DNA of 64,000 nucleotides from the IMG/VR virus record IMGVR_UViG_3300032007_000006, positions 185,360 through 249,359 of that record. One strand, 5' to 3'. This DNA is from a virus. Taxonomy: Duplodnaviria; Heunggongvirae; Uroviricota; Caudoviricetes. Under the pieces are notes generated by a model. The model worked only from the letters and a program-made list of their open reading frames with translations, did not search any database and was not told where the DNA came from. Shown one piece after another: positions 1-9,300 of this stretch (position 1 is the first letter of the stretch; each line of letters begins with the position of its first letter). Made by a program: the position numbers and the translations under genes.

Positions 1-63
1 TCCAGAAACGTATACTTCAAAGGCCTTGAAGGCCAGATTTATTTCAGTTCCAGCAATTCTCAT
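1..63 (-). CDS. Partial CDS running off the left edge (N-terminal 21 aa). Possibly the anaerobic RNR activase NrdG: MRIAGTEINLAFKAFEVYVSG resembles the NrdG N-terminus ...F.VSGC.
   Basis: ATG at 63 preceded by GGAGG; sits immediately downstream of nrdD on the same strand; only 21 aa visible. Confidence 0.3.
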   Translation of the reverse strand, partial: MRIAGTEINLAFKAFEVYVSG

Positions 64-88
64 GCCTGCCTCCATATGAAACTCAAAA

Positions 89-111
89 GGGGAGAAGAAA
101 TGCTTCTCCCC
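89..111 (-). terminator. Stem-loop ggggagaag/cttctcccc followed by a T-run on the minus strand, downstream of nrdD
   Basis: Perfect 9-bp stem, 5-nt loop, TTTTGAGT after it on the minus strand. Confidence 0.5.
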
Positions 112-134
112 TTTCATTCATTTTATTCTAGATT

Positions 135-3134
135 CTAGGCTACATCCTTTTCCTTTGCAGATTCAATGGCTTCATGCTCCACTTCATCAGTATAGAACTG
201 CCTCTGTGGGAAGTCAAATGTCCTTCTTACAGGATGCCAGTTGGCAACCGTGGTCAAAAATCCAACCACCCTTGTCATATGATTGACGCAAGGCCTTCCG
301 CAGGTAGGACAGGTTTCTCCACCAACCCAGAGGTGCTTTTCTTCACAGCAATTGAGCAGATAGTTGATGGCCCAGTAGACAACGCCACATTTGGCCGCAT
401 ACTCCATCAGGGAGACCATCACCTTAGGATCCTTTATCTTCTCGCCAACATTGATGTGGGCAATGGCTCCACCAGAGAGGTGACGATCAAAGAGTCCCTG
501 CAGCTTCAGTCTGTCAAGCATGTCGGCCTTGACAATGAGTGGAATGAACTGATTGCTGTATAATGGAACGCCAATGTCATAGCCAAGCATCTTGTCCTTG
601 CTGGCCAGCTTGATTGCGGAAGTCTCTGCAGGAACCTGCTCTACATTGTGGGGAGCCTTGTACTGAGCTTCGGCGCGGTCGATCCATTTGTTGATGTTTT
701 TGAGAATCCTTAGAACAAGATTCTGTCCTTCTTCCGTGAGAATGTCCTTGCCAAGCAATTGAACGGCTTCATTGATTCCAACAACTCCAAATGTGCTGTA
801 CTGCTTACTGAGATCCATGTAGCCTTGGGTGTAGAGAGGAGCGGCACCAAGTTCAATGCGTTTTCGTACCAGCCGACGCTTGCAGGCATTGATCTTTGCG
901 GCAACAGCATAGATTTCCTCAAGACCTTCCATGAACTTGTCTACATCTCCCTTGGCCTTGTATGCAATGCGAGGAAGATTTGCAGTCACCACGCCAAGAG
1001 AGCCAATCTTGGTTGAACCTGCGCCAAAGGAGTTAAAGTATGGATTGTCCTTGTTTGAGCGCAGACGACAGCAGGAAGACAATGTGGACGTGTCTCCGTT
1101 GTATATGTTGATCCAGCCGTATTCAAGATTTGCATTGGCAATAAAGTTGAGGAACTCCTTGTCCTTGATAGAGCCGTCTTCCTCCTTGCAGAAACAGGCT
1201 GTAGTTACAGGGAACGTGATTGGACTTCTGGCCAGCTCCTCATTCATCACTTCAACATATATCTTCTGAAGAAGCTTCACAGTCTCTTTCTTGGCATTGT
1301 AGTCTGGGCAGAGGGAGTCAAGGAAGGTGTCATCATAGAGGGATATATTTGTGAATGCGGACTGATTTCCTCTAAACTCCCAGTTGACCGTGTAGACAAA
1401 TGCAGTCAATCTCTCCTTGATGTACTGCTCTGGGTTGCCAATCACTGTATGGCCATCCATTCCATTTTCAAGCAGAAGGTCTACATAGCGGGAAGCAACC
1501 AACAGAAGATCAGCGAAGCCAGTGGCTCCAAGAGTGGAATTTGCGGCTACTACAACAAACTGCTCAACCTGTCGTAGGAAAGTATCGAGTGATTTTGGTG
1601 GAAATACTCTAATTCGTTTAGAAATGCTGTCCAATCCATTGAATGCAATGTCATTTGTGCTGTAGTTAAAGCAGTTGTGGCCAATTATTCCATTGGTATA
1701 GAATCTGCCACTGGAAGTGGTGATGTCATAGACATACTTGTCGTTGAAATCAACTTCTTCCTTCTTTAAAACATGCATTGTTTCAAAACGACCATCAACT
1801 GCACGTTTCTTGAACAGCACGTCAACATGATCCTTTAGCTTGTAGGACATGTCAACAATGGAGTCATTTTCATCTGGAATAGAAAATGAAACTCTGTACA
1901 TTGGCTGCAGCTGGTCAATACGAGTATTTCCTCTTGCTGGAGCAACGCATGAAGTGCGAACACGATTCATTCCGATTCTAGTTGCAATTTCTGCAATTTG
2001 CTGCACCATCCCAAGACTAATCACGCGAATGTCCACAACGCCAGTATGCTTGTTTACCGTTCCATCAGTATCAATCAAACCAGCAACAAGAGCCTTTAAG
2101 GCATCAGTTTTCCAAATCAGACAGTCGCTTGGAAGTCTTTTGTTGAATGCACGAGTGCCAATGTTGACGGCATGCCAGAGTGCATCTTCCCTATGACCAA
2201 AATCTACAGAACGAACTGAATCTACATCATCAACCTTTCCAGTTGTAATGTTGTCATAAAGTTTTTCTATATGCTCCATGTAGGAACTTTCAAGAATGTT
2301 CTTTTGATGGAGAGTAAGCGTTGTTGGATTAAGGGAACCATCGCCAATCAAGGCTCCAGTAAGATAGGCTCTATTGAAGTCAACATCCATTGCATTTTGC
2401 ACAACATCAGCTGATGCAACGTCACATCCAAGGATTTCATCACCAATTTCAACATCGGAAGCAAACTTTTCGCTTCCATCAGCAAGAATGCAGGGATGAT
2501 CCTCGGTTACGCTAAAAACAGTACCTTTCTTCGTTTCAAAGCGGTACATCTTCTTTTTGTTCTTGTGACGAACTACTCGTTCAAGAGCAACCCATTTTCT
2601 GTCTTCATAGACTTCCAGTTCCAATGGCTTCAAGTCGGCTTCTTCCCAGTCCTCCTTTTTTACAACATAAGCCATGTTTTCAAAGAATAACTGTTCCAAA
2701 GTCATCATTCTAACTTTTTTGCCATCTTTGACAAGAATAGTTGTTCCAGGATGGTATGAATACGGACTGGCAATATCCGTAAAGTCGTTGATATAGATGT
2801 CGCCAGTCAACTGAGCTTCAATGATGTCATTTGCCGTTTCAAGACCATAGGCCTTCTTCAGCTCCTTCCACAGCAGAAAGTAGCTGTTGTAGCGTTTCAG
2901 TGGCTTTGGAAGTTCAAAGTTGTACTCAATGCCAGTCTTTGCCACGACATTGGCATTTGCATCAACAGACACGTCGGCTGATGGACCATTGGAGTTGAAG
3001 AAGTTCTTGCTGAACTTGTTCAAGTCCATCTGCTCTCCTATTCCATCAAGCGTGAACAGCTCCTTTCCATATTTCGACCAGAGATGCATCATCAAAGTGT
3101 CGAAGTCTGTGTCCCAAGAAATGCGAAAGTACAT
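135..3134 (-). CDS. nrdD: Anaerobic ribonucleoside-triphosphate reductase NrdD (class III RNR) interrupted by an intein; 999 aa
   Basis: C-terminal glycyl-radical motif TRVVGFL and the Zn-ribbon CPTCG..C; the length excess over ~600-aa NrdD is explained by the intein; GGAGGA SD before the ATG at 3134. Confidence 0.85.
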   Translation of the reverse strand: MYFRISWDTDFDTLMMHLWSKYGKELFTLDGIGEQMDLNKFSKNFFNSNGPSADVSVDANANVVAKTGIEYNFELPKPLKRYNSYFLLWKELKKAYGLETANDIIEAQLTGDIYINDFTDIASPYSYHPGTTILVKDGKKVRMMTLEQLFFENMAYVVKKEDWEEADLKPLELEVYEDRKWVALERVVRHKNKKKMYRFETKKGTVFSVTEDHPCILADGSEKFASDVEIGDEILGCDVASADVVQNAMDVDFNRAYLTGALIGDGSLNPTTLTLHQKNILESSYMEHIEKLYDNITTGKVDDVDSVRSVDFGHREDALWHAVNIGTRAFNKRLPSDCLIWKTDALKALVAGLIDTDGTVNKHTGVVDIRVISLGMVQQIAEIATRIGMNRVRTSCVAPARGNTRIDQLQPMYRVSFSIPDENDSIVDMSYKLKDHVDVLFKKRAVDGRFETMHVLKKEEVDFNDKYVYDITTSSGRFYTNGIIGHNCFNYSTNDIAFNGLDSISKRIRVFPPKSLDTFLRQVEQFVVVAANSTLGATGFADLLLVASRYVDLLLENGMDGHTVIGNPEQYIKERLTAFVYTVNWEFRGNQSAFTNISLYDDTFLDSLCPDYNAKKETVKLLQKIYVEVMNEELARSPITFPVTTACFCKEEDGSIKDKEFLNFIANANLEYGWINIYNGDTSTLSSCCRLRSNKDNPYFNSFGAGSTKIGSLGVVTANLPRIAYKAKGDVDKFMEGLEEIYAVAAKINACKRRLVRKRIELGAAPLYTQGYMDLSKQYSTFGVVGINEAVQLLGKDILTEEGQNLVLRILKNINKWIDRAEAQYKAPHNVEQVPAETSAIKLASKDKMLGYDIGVPLYSNQFIPLIVKADMLDRLKLQGLFDRHLSGGAIAHINVGEKIKDPKVMVSLMEYAAKCGVVYWAINYLLNCCEEKHLWVGGETCPTCGRPCVNHMTRVVGFLTTVANWHPVRRTFDFPQRQFYTDEVEHEAIESAKEKDVA
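1674..2759 (-). mobile_element. Intein inside nrdD carrying a LAGLIDADG homing endonuclease; the N-terminal boundary is approximate
   Basis: Block A-like SYHPGTTILVKDGKK, Block B TEDH, two LAGLIDADG motifs (LTGALIGDGSL and LVAGLIDTDGTV), C-terminal IIGHN followed by +1 Cys (CFNYS). Confidence 0.65.
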
Positions 3135-3171
3135 TATCAGTCCTCCGAGAAACTGGAAGTTAGTAACGGCC

Positions 3172-3180
3172 TATTTACAA
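3172..3180 (-). promoter_or_regulatory. TTGTAAATA late-promoter-like motif about 40 nt upstream of the nrdD ATG
   Basis: Same 9-mer recurs upstream of other genes in this window (see findings). Confidence 0.35.
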
Positions 3181-3237
3181 ATTAGAGTGTAATTTTTAGA
3201 GACTATAAAAATAAGCCGTGTCAATGAAATCAATATG

Positions 3238-3552
3238 TTACTGTATAATCTTGGATTTCTCTTCAGACTTTTTTTCTAGCTTGTCTTTTGTACGATTCGC
3301 TATGTTGAAGGTCATTTCATAGGCTTTAAGTGCGCTTTCCTTGGCTTTCTCATACTCCGGAAAGAATTCCAGACCAAGATTGAAAAGATAGGCCAGGAAG
3401 TATCCCTGCAGGATGCTGTTCTTCCATTCAATCTCTGGAATGGCCACAACCCTGCTGTCTTTTCTTTGCAGGTCTGCTTCAGTTTCATAGTCTGAATTAG
3501 CCGCATATTCCTTTGTCAAGTTTTTTGACAGCATTTCAAGTTCATTTTCCAT
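3238..3552 (-). CDS. Hypothetical protein (104 aa)
   Basis: ORF with an internal ATG preceded by AGGAGGATACAT. Confidence 0.5.
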   Translation of the reverse strand: MENELEMLSKNLTKEYAANSDYETEADLQRKDSRVVAIPEIEWKNSILQGYFLAYLFNLGLEFFPEYEKAKESALKAYEMTFNIANRTKDKLEKKSEEKSKIIQ

Positions 3553-3569
3553 ATGTATCCTCCTAATGC

Positions 3570-3601
3570 AAAAAGGAGGAGGGTCAATGCGGCCCTCCTC
3601 C
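3570..3601 (-). terminator. Rho-independent terminator (stem ggaggaggg/ccctcctcc plus T-run)
   Basis: 9-bp GC-rich stem followed by TTTTT on the minus strand, downstream of the 3630-4427 gene. Confidence 0.55.
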
Positions 3602-3629
3602 AGCATTTAATACGCGATGCTAGCGAAGT

Positions 3630-4427
3630 CTATGCAAGACGATCTGCCCATTCGGCAGCAAGATCCCAGAGACCGCGGTTGAAGCTAATGCTCTGTCCAA
3701 TGGAAGAGATTCCTCTTGTGTGAAAGCGGCGCTTGGGAGAACGGCCAGCCACGCCACCCTTGAAGATGTTCTCCTGCACCTTGTTAAAGGTGCTCCAGAG
3801 AGAGTCGTTGTTGTGATCCTCGTTGTTTCTCGCTTCCAGAAAGTCGGAAGGCTTGAGATAGGAGCGGGAGCTTTCAATGAAGTGAAGCTTGAGAGCCGCT
3901 TCTGCAAAATTGACCTGGCTGAGATAGTCCATGTGAATGCCGCGCCACTGGTCAATCTGATCATTCACTTGGGTGCCATGCGCCACAAAGTTTTTGGTTG
4001 CTTCGGCAATGTTTTCAAAGAGGGAGTCGCGTCCCATGTGACGGATTCTGGCCTGGGCAAACTCATCGCCAACCATGAGGCCATTGGCGCACACAAAGCG
4101 ATAGAGACCATAGTAGAGCTTGTAGGACGACTTGGCATCATGGGAATTGACAAGCACTACCTGCCCAGTCACGCCATTTTCATTCTCTTTAGCATTTTCG
4201 GCCTGAAAGACAACCACATGGCGAACAACGTCCGGATTATTCTTGCGAGGCTTCACCTGATTGGCCGAAACGGGATTCCAGCCTAAGTCCTGCATCAGAT
4301 GCACGACTTCGTGAGTGGGAACGGTGTTGTACTTCTTGGATACGGTTCCCTCTTCAGGAGCGCCAAAAATGGCCGGAATGCGAGAGGGGTCAAAGGCCTT
4401 GGGATCGAGGTGGTTGTATCCGAACAT
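3630..4427 (-). CDS. Hypothetical protein (265 aa); possibly a DUF932-like phage/plasmid protein
   Basis: Start MFGYNHL preceded by AGGAGGAAAGGAG; no catalytic motif recognised. Confidence 0.5.
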   Translation of the reverse strand: MFGYNHLDPKAFDPSRIPAIFGAPEEGTVSKKYNTVPTHEVVHLMQDLGWNPVSANQVKPRKNNPDVVRHVVVFQAENAKENENGVTGQVVLVNSHDAKSSYKLYYGLYRFVCANGLMVGDEFAQARIRHMGRDSLFENIAEATKNFVAHGTQVNDQIDQWRGIHMDYLSQVNFAEAALKLHFIESSRSYLKPSDFLEARNNEDHNNDSLWSTFNKVQENIFKGGVAGRSPKRRFHTRGISSIGQSISFNRGLWDLAAEWADRLA

Positions 4428-4520
4428 ATTGGCTCCTTTCCTCCTCATGGAGGGGATGGGGTTCTCTCAACTGACGAATACAGACTATCAAAGGCCTGGC
4501 CAGATGTCAAGCGATTTCGA

Positions 4521-5063
4521 TCATTTTTTTCGCGACTGCCGGACGCGCCGGCCAGCCTGGCCGTGCCGCTTCAATGTTGAAGAGGACGCTGGCATGGAAT
4601 TAAGTCTTGCAAGCGCCTCTTCATCAACCATGTCTGACTTTTCTATGTCTATATGCGTATACAAATCTCTGGAATGCTCTGTGACATATCTCTTGAGAAT
4701 CTTGTCAAAATATTCTCTGGCGTCAACAACAGCGTTTTCAAACTTTTTGTCCTTGTCTATCAGAACCATTGCTGAACGTTCAAGATGCCTCTGAACTGCT
4801 GGAGAAGCCTCAACAGCATACCATTGCGCCACTTTTGGATAGTTGAACTTGATCCATCTTGTGGCGCAGAGCTTCAGAAACTTGGCCTCTTCTTCGGAAA
4901 TGCTTCCTTTTTGCAGATAGACGTTTATTTCCCTGACGAGTTCCAGATAGTGTCCTGCATCTATGCAGTCATCCATCTCAACGCTTTCATCGGTTGGTTC
5001 ATATTTCGGAATTTTTGCCTCCCTTTTCAAAGGGGCTTCCTTCATTTCAATATCCATTTCCAT
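4521..5063 (-). CDS. Hypothetical protein (180 aa), partner-protein paralog A of the duplicated module
   Basis: Shares a conserved core FLKLCA[TS]RWIKF.Y.K.AQWYA..AS.A...HLE.SAMVLID with the 6136-6546 product. Confidence 0.6.
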   Translation of the reverse strand: MEMDIEMKEAPLKREAKIPKYEPTDESVEMDDCIDAGHYLELVREINVYLQKGSISEEEAKFLKLCATRWIKFNYPKVAQWYAVEASPAVQRHLERSAMVLIDKDKKFENAVVDAREYFDKILKRYVTEHSRDLYTHIDIEKSDMVDEEALARLNSMPASSSTLKRHGQAGRRVRQSRKK

Positions 5064-5072
5064 CTCATTCTC

Positions 5073-6155
5073 CTAGAAAAAGTTGTCTATAGAAGAGGAA
5101 CTGAATGTGGCGTCTTCAACTATTTCACATTTTTCATCTAAAAAACTGAATTTTCTATCTTCCACTTCAAGAAATGAAGTGTCATTCATGCATTCAGTTT
5201 CGTAGACTAAAGGAACCTTCCTGCAGAAGGAATCATCAACCACAAGAGGACAGGTATAGGTCCAGTTGACGCAATGATGAACCCTTCTAAAGGTTACGCC
5301 CATGCACGATACGGACACGGAAGACGGACATAGAACAGCAGAAGGAATGCTTTTGACATATGTACCAAAAGTCCGATACATGTCTGTAATTCCACCACTG
5401 GCCTGTTGAGTTGGAGTCTGGTCTATTGATGGCATGTCAAGAGTCAACGAAAGCTGACCACGCTTTCCATTCAGAATGTAGGCATTCACGTCATCATTGA
5501 ACCGTCCATAATATCTGTATTCCTTTCTGGTGTCTCCAAAAAAGACGTTCATGGCCTTCCATCGGTAGGAATATCTGGCCATGACTGAACCAACGCCGCC
5601 GATGAAGTCTCCAATCTGTGAAAAGGCCGTAATGTACAGCCATGGAGCAGAATTGAGAAGATGGAAATACTTGAGACAGCAATGATCAAAAACAGACAGT
5701 CCTTCGCTTTCTTCACGAGCAAAAAGGGCGGCCCTGATTCTTGGAAAGAATGCTTCTCCAGTGCTCTTCTTTATCATGGCCCTACGCATGACCACGTCAA
5801 CGTAGTCGTCATCCAGAACAATGAACCATCGGTATCCAAGTTCTCTTGCAATGCGGAACTGTTCATTTCTGGCCCATACTGTAGCCTTTCTTGAAAGGCT
5901 TTTTCCCCAGTAGCAGTCCACAAGATCCATGTCATATCGCTTTTCCGCTTCTTCCTTGCTGAAGACATAGATGGAGTCATCTCCAAACGTCTTTCTGTAT
6001 TCGCGAATGGTTGGATCATCATCTGAAAGGACAACTACACGCTTTGCATGAGAATTGACCTCATCCAGAAGCGCCCAAGTATGAGTCTTTAGAAATTCAG
6101 GACGAGTATAGGACAGAATCAATATAACATAGTCTTTAGGACTTTGTGGTCTCAT
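5073..6155 (-). CDS. GT-A-like (DxD) putative glycosyltransferase with a Cys-rich C-terminal region, paralog 1
   Basis: N-terminal VILILSYTRPEF (GT2-like), VVVLSDDD, and YWGKS..TVWARN.F.IA..GYRWFIVLDDDY; start taken at MRPQSPKDYV with a GAGGAG SD. Confidence 0.5.
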   Translation of the reverse strand: MRPQSPKDYVILILSYTRPEFLKTHTWALLDEVNSHAKRVVVLSDDDPTIREYRKTFGDDSIYVFSKEEAEKRYDMDLVDCYWGKSLSRKATVWARNEQFRIARELGYRWFIVLDDDYVDVVMRRAMIKKSTGEAFFPRIRAALFAREESEGLSVFDHCCLKYFHLLNSAPWLYITAFSQIGDFIGGVGSVMARYSYRWKAMNVFFGDTRKEYRYYGRFNDDVNAYILNGKRGQLSLTLDMPSIDQTPTQQASGGITDMYRTFGTYVKSIPSAVLCPSSVSVSCMGVTFRRVHHCVNWTYTCPLVVDDSFCRKVPLVYETECMNDTSFLEVEDRKFSFLDEKCEIVEDATFSSSSIDNFF

Positions 6156-6546
6156 CTTTGCTGTACTCCTCAATGCTTCTGTCCGAAATGTCACGCTTTA
6201 GCACCTTGTCTATATGTCCAGCACCTTTGACTACTCCATATTCAACGGCCTTGTCCAAATCAATGAGAACCATTGCCGACTTTTCCAGCAAATGCTTCAT
6301 TGCTGAACTGGCTTTTGTTGCATACCATTGAGCAGTCTTTCCATAATGAAACTTGATCCATCTGGACGCACACAGCTTCAAAAACGTTGCTTCCGACTTT
6401 GAAATTTCTCCTTTTTTCAAGGAACTGTTGATATAGTTTAAAAGTTCAACATAATTGTCCACGTCAACGCAATCGTTTAGAGAATAGTCGGCGTCAGATG
6501 GTTCAAAAGGAGGAATTGCAAATTTTGTAGTATACTTTTCTTCCAT
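6136..6546 (-). CDS. Hypothetical protein (136 aa), partner-protein paralog B
   Basis: Paralog of the 4521-5063 product; its 3' end overlaps the start of the GT-like gene. Confidence 0.6.
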   Translation of the reverse strand: MEEKYTTKFAIPPFEPSDADYSLNDCVDVDNYVELLNYINSSLKKGEISKSEATFLKLCASRWIKFHYGKTAQWYATKASSAMKHLLEKSAMVLIDLDKAVEYGVVKGAGHIDKVLKRDISDRSIEEYSKDETTKS

Positions 6547-6558
6547 TTACCCTCTTCC

Positions 6559-7626
6559 TCAGCAGAAGTCATTGATTGACGCTTCTTCAAGAGACATGCT
6601 TTCAACAACCTCACACTGTCTGTCCATAATCCTGTATTTTTTCTTCCCGCTGGGAACAGTTTTATTATGCATGCATTCCGACTGAAAGTCAAGAGGTTTT
6701 TCTCTGCACAGAGATTCGTCCACAACCATTGGACAGGTAGTGGACCATTTAATAAGATGATGCACCCTAGGAACAACTGAACCCATGCATGAAACTGATA
6801 CCGATGATGGACATGCAACTACAGAAGTCAAGCTCTTGATATAAGTTCCAAATGTCTTGTAGATATCAGTTATTCCACCAGCAGATTTCTGCGTTGGCTC
6901 CTGATTTATTACCACCTGCATCATGGTCAAGGACATTTGGCCAAGTTTTCCATTCAGAATGTATCCATTAACGTCATCATTCAATTTTCCGTAGTATCGG
7001 TACTCCTTTTCCGTATCACAGAAAAAGACGTTCATTGCCTTCCATCGGTACGGTATCCTGGTAAAAATTGAATTTATTCCACCAACAAAGTCTCCACACT
7101 GGGCCGTGGCCGTCACATGCATCCATGGCGCTGAATTGAGAACATTGAAATACTTGACACAGCACTTGTCAAATATTGACCCATGTTCATCGGAAGGAGC
7201 GAAAATAAGTTCCTTGAACGTAGGGAAAAACTCGGTCTTGTCATCATTGCGGATCATCTTCTTCCGCATGACAATTTCTCTGTAGTCATCATCCAGTACA
7301 ATGAACCATCTGTATCCAAGACTTCTCGCAATCTCAAATTGAGCATTTCTGGCCCATACTGTGGCCTTTCTTGTAAGACTTTTTCCCCAGTAGCAGTCTA
7401 TCGTGTCTATGTCATACTTTCTTTCAATTTCTACTTTGCTGAAAACTGCTATATTCTCCTTTCCATACATTGTTTCATATTCAGGAATGGTTTTGTCGTC
7501 ATCAGACAGAACAACAACTCTTCTGGCCTTGGACTTGACCTTGTCCAGAATATGCCATGTATGACTCTTTAAAAATTCTGGACGTTCATGAGAAAGTATC
7601 AAAATGACGAAGTCCTTGCAGTCCAT
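6559..7626 (-). CDS. GT-A-like (DxD) putative glycosyltransferase with a Cys-rich C-terminal region, paralog 2
   Basis: Roughly 50% identical to the 5073-6155 product across its length, including the LDDDY and C-terminal CPSSVSVSCMG..HH...W..TCP motifs. Confidence 0.5.
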   Translation of the reverse strand: MDCKDFVILILSHERPEFLKSHTWHILDKVKSKARRVVVLSDDDKTIPEYETMYGKENIAVFSKVEIERKYDIDTIDCYWGKSLTRKATVWARNAQFEIARSLGYRWFIVLDDDYREIVMRKKMIRNDDKTEFFPTFKELIFAPSDEHGSIFDKCCVKYFNVLNSAPWMHVTATAQCGDFVGGINSIFTRIPYRWKAMNVFFCDTEKEYRYYGKLNDDVNGYILNGKLGQMSLTMMQVVINQEPTQKSAGGITDIYKTFGTYIKSLTSVVACPSSVSVSCMGSVVPRVHHLIKWSTTCPMVVDESLCREKPLDFQSECMHNKTVPSGKKKYRIMDRQCEVVESMSLEEASINDFC

Positions 7627-7651
7627 TGATTGTCATATCTCCATCGCTTAC

Positions 7652-8056
7652 TTATGTGTACACCTTGCGCTTTTTAAGCCACCACCAGAAATCCCATGAC
7701 AGTTTTCTGCTGGGCATCTGTCGTTTTGCTACTGTTATCCAAGGAACGTCATCAAAGTTTGCATGAGTGAGAATGCCCCAGTCCATATATGCAATCTCGC
7801 TCAACCATCCATTGGGATAGTTGCCACCCCATATCCTCCAATAGCGTTCCCATTTCCAGTGAACGCCAAAATGCTCCTTGCAGAGTATCCATCCTCTGTA
7901 TCCACTCCAGTCAATCTGATTTGTGGTGTCCATTATCTCCTTGAGATATATGTCTGCTATTTCGGAATATTCATGCTTTCTGGGAGAAATGAATATTTCA
8001 AGGCCTAGCATGCTTCTGGCTCCATAGGCTTTTCTATGCGATCTCCAATCTGCCAT
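7652..8056 (-). CDS. Hypothetical Trp-rich protein (134 aa)
   Basis: ORF only. Confidence 0.4.
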   Translation of the reverse strand: MADWRSHRKAYGARSMLGLEIFISPRKHEYSEIADIYLKEIMDTTNQIDWSGYRGWILCKEHFGVHWKWERYWRIWGGNYPNGWLSEIAYMDWGILTHANFDDVPWITVAKRQMPSRKLSWDFWWWLKKRKVYT

Positions 8057-8226
8057 CCATTGAACAGCCTGTTGTTGAAGACTGGTGCCTTGACGCCGCT
8101 GCAGGATGTCAGCGTCTTTACTGGACCTTCTGGATGAACTTCAAGACATCCAATTTCAAGATGCTTTCCTGTCCATATCCAGTAGTATCCATTTTCATCA
8201 GGAAGATGTTCTGTCCAGCTCGTCAT
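8005..8226 (-). CDS. Hypothetical small protein (73 aa)
   Basis: Internal ATG preceded by AAGGAGG. Confidence 0.35.
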   Translation of the reverse strand: MTSWTEHLPDENGYYWIWTGKHLEIGCLEVHPEGPVKTLTSCSGVKAPVFNNRLFNGWQIGDRIEKPMEPEAC

Positions 8227-8290
8227 TTTCTCTACCTCCTTAAACTGCATGTCAAGCATGCTTCATGCTAGAGTTTTTGTCAAGCAAAAT

Positions 8291-9220
8291 CTAGATTTTC
8301 AGGTTTGAAACTTGTGGCTTCAAGTCGGAAGTCATTTTGCAGCATGTACATCCAATCTTCTTCCATTGATCACTAATCTTGTCTAAATTTGCGGGAAGAT
8401 GAATGTCTGCTATGCAGACCTGCTTCATCTTCATCTTCTTGGCATACTGAAGAAGCGATGCAGCTAGTCCATCAAGAATGTCCTTGTTCAAGTCATCTGG
8501 ATTCATGTTGAACGCTGGAATGTACAGTTCCGAATCCCTGCAATGAGCAAAGACAACGCATTCAAACTTTTCAAAGGAGCAGATTGAAAATGGCCTGAAC
8601 ATTTTTCTGTTGTCATACCATTCGCGGACCATTTCAATCTCTTCTGGAAGATTGACGCTTTTGTCCAGATAGAGAGTCATTTCATTCCAGATGCGATTCC
8701 AGCTGGCTTCATCAAACTCCCTGCATCGAATGGGCAGACGCTTCGCATTCTTTTCATTGCCTGCAAGAATGTAAGTTGCATCTGAAATCTTGTAGCCTTC
8801 GCTGGCATAGAAGGCCATTCCTTCGCTGTTTGCAGCCACGCATCCAAGATTGATTTTCAATGCATTCCTTTCGCGGCAGATTTTATAGAACTCCTTCATT
8901 AAACTGTATCCAATGCATTTGCGCCTGAAATTTTTGTCAACATACAGTTCCTCAATGCGAAATACGCTTTCTGAAGGAATATACTTCAAGTATCCAATCA
9001 CTCTGCCTGTGTCTAAATCTCTTGCATAAACTACGCCAAAATGCTTTCCTGGTTCAGTAGATTCCTCTTTCTCTTCTTTGTCTTCAACATCTGCTGAAAT
9101 GGAATCAAGCAGTCGATCAGTTTCTTCATTCAGTTTTTGACTTAATTCCTGCAACTGATCAAGCAATGCATCATCTGTAGTGTGGCTTCCAGGATGCAGA
9201 CTTCCAATAGTCAATTTCAT
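8291..9220 (-). CDS. GNAT-family N-acetyltransferase domain protein with an about 150-aa C-terminal extension (309 aa)
   Basis: GNAT core VIGYLKY...ELYVDKNFRRKCIGYSLMKEFYKICRERNALKINLGC. Confidence 0.55.
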   Translation of the reverse strand: MKLTIGSLHPGSHTTDDALLDQLQELSQKLNEETDRLLDSISADVEDKEEKEESTEPGKHFGVVYARDLDTGRVIGYLKYIPSESVFRIEELYVDKNFRRKCIGYSLMKEFYKICRERNALKINLGCVAANSEGMAFYASEGYKISDATYILAGNEKNAKRLPIRCREFDEASWNRIWNEMTLYLDKSVNLPEEIEMVREWYDNRKMFRPFSICSFEKFECVVFAHCRDSELYIPAFNMNPDDLNKDILDGLAASLLQYAKKMKMKQVCIADIHLPANLDKISDQWKKIGCTCCKMTSDLKPQVSNLKI

Positions 9221-9231
9221 TCGCTCTCCTT

Positions 9232-9269
9232 GAATAAAAAGAAAGGCTCCCTTCCCGTTGGGAGCCTTT
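9232..9269 (-). terminator. Rho-independent terminator after the OMP gene
   Basis: Stem aaaggctccc/gggagccttt plus T-run on the minus strand. Confidence 0.55.
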
Positions 9270-9300
9270 CAGTGCATCTTTCTATCTGCTGACGTTCAGA

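Noticed and set aside
174-563. Several 60-190-aa plus-strand ORFs inside the nrdD region (also 759-1269, 1849-2196, 3720-4286, 16820-17434)
   Set aside because: All are antisense to well-supported genes and lack SD sites.
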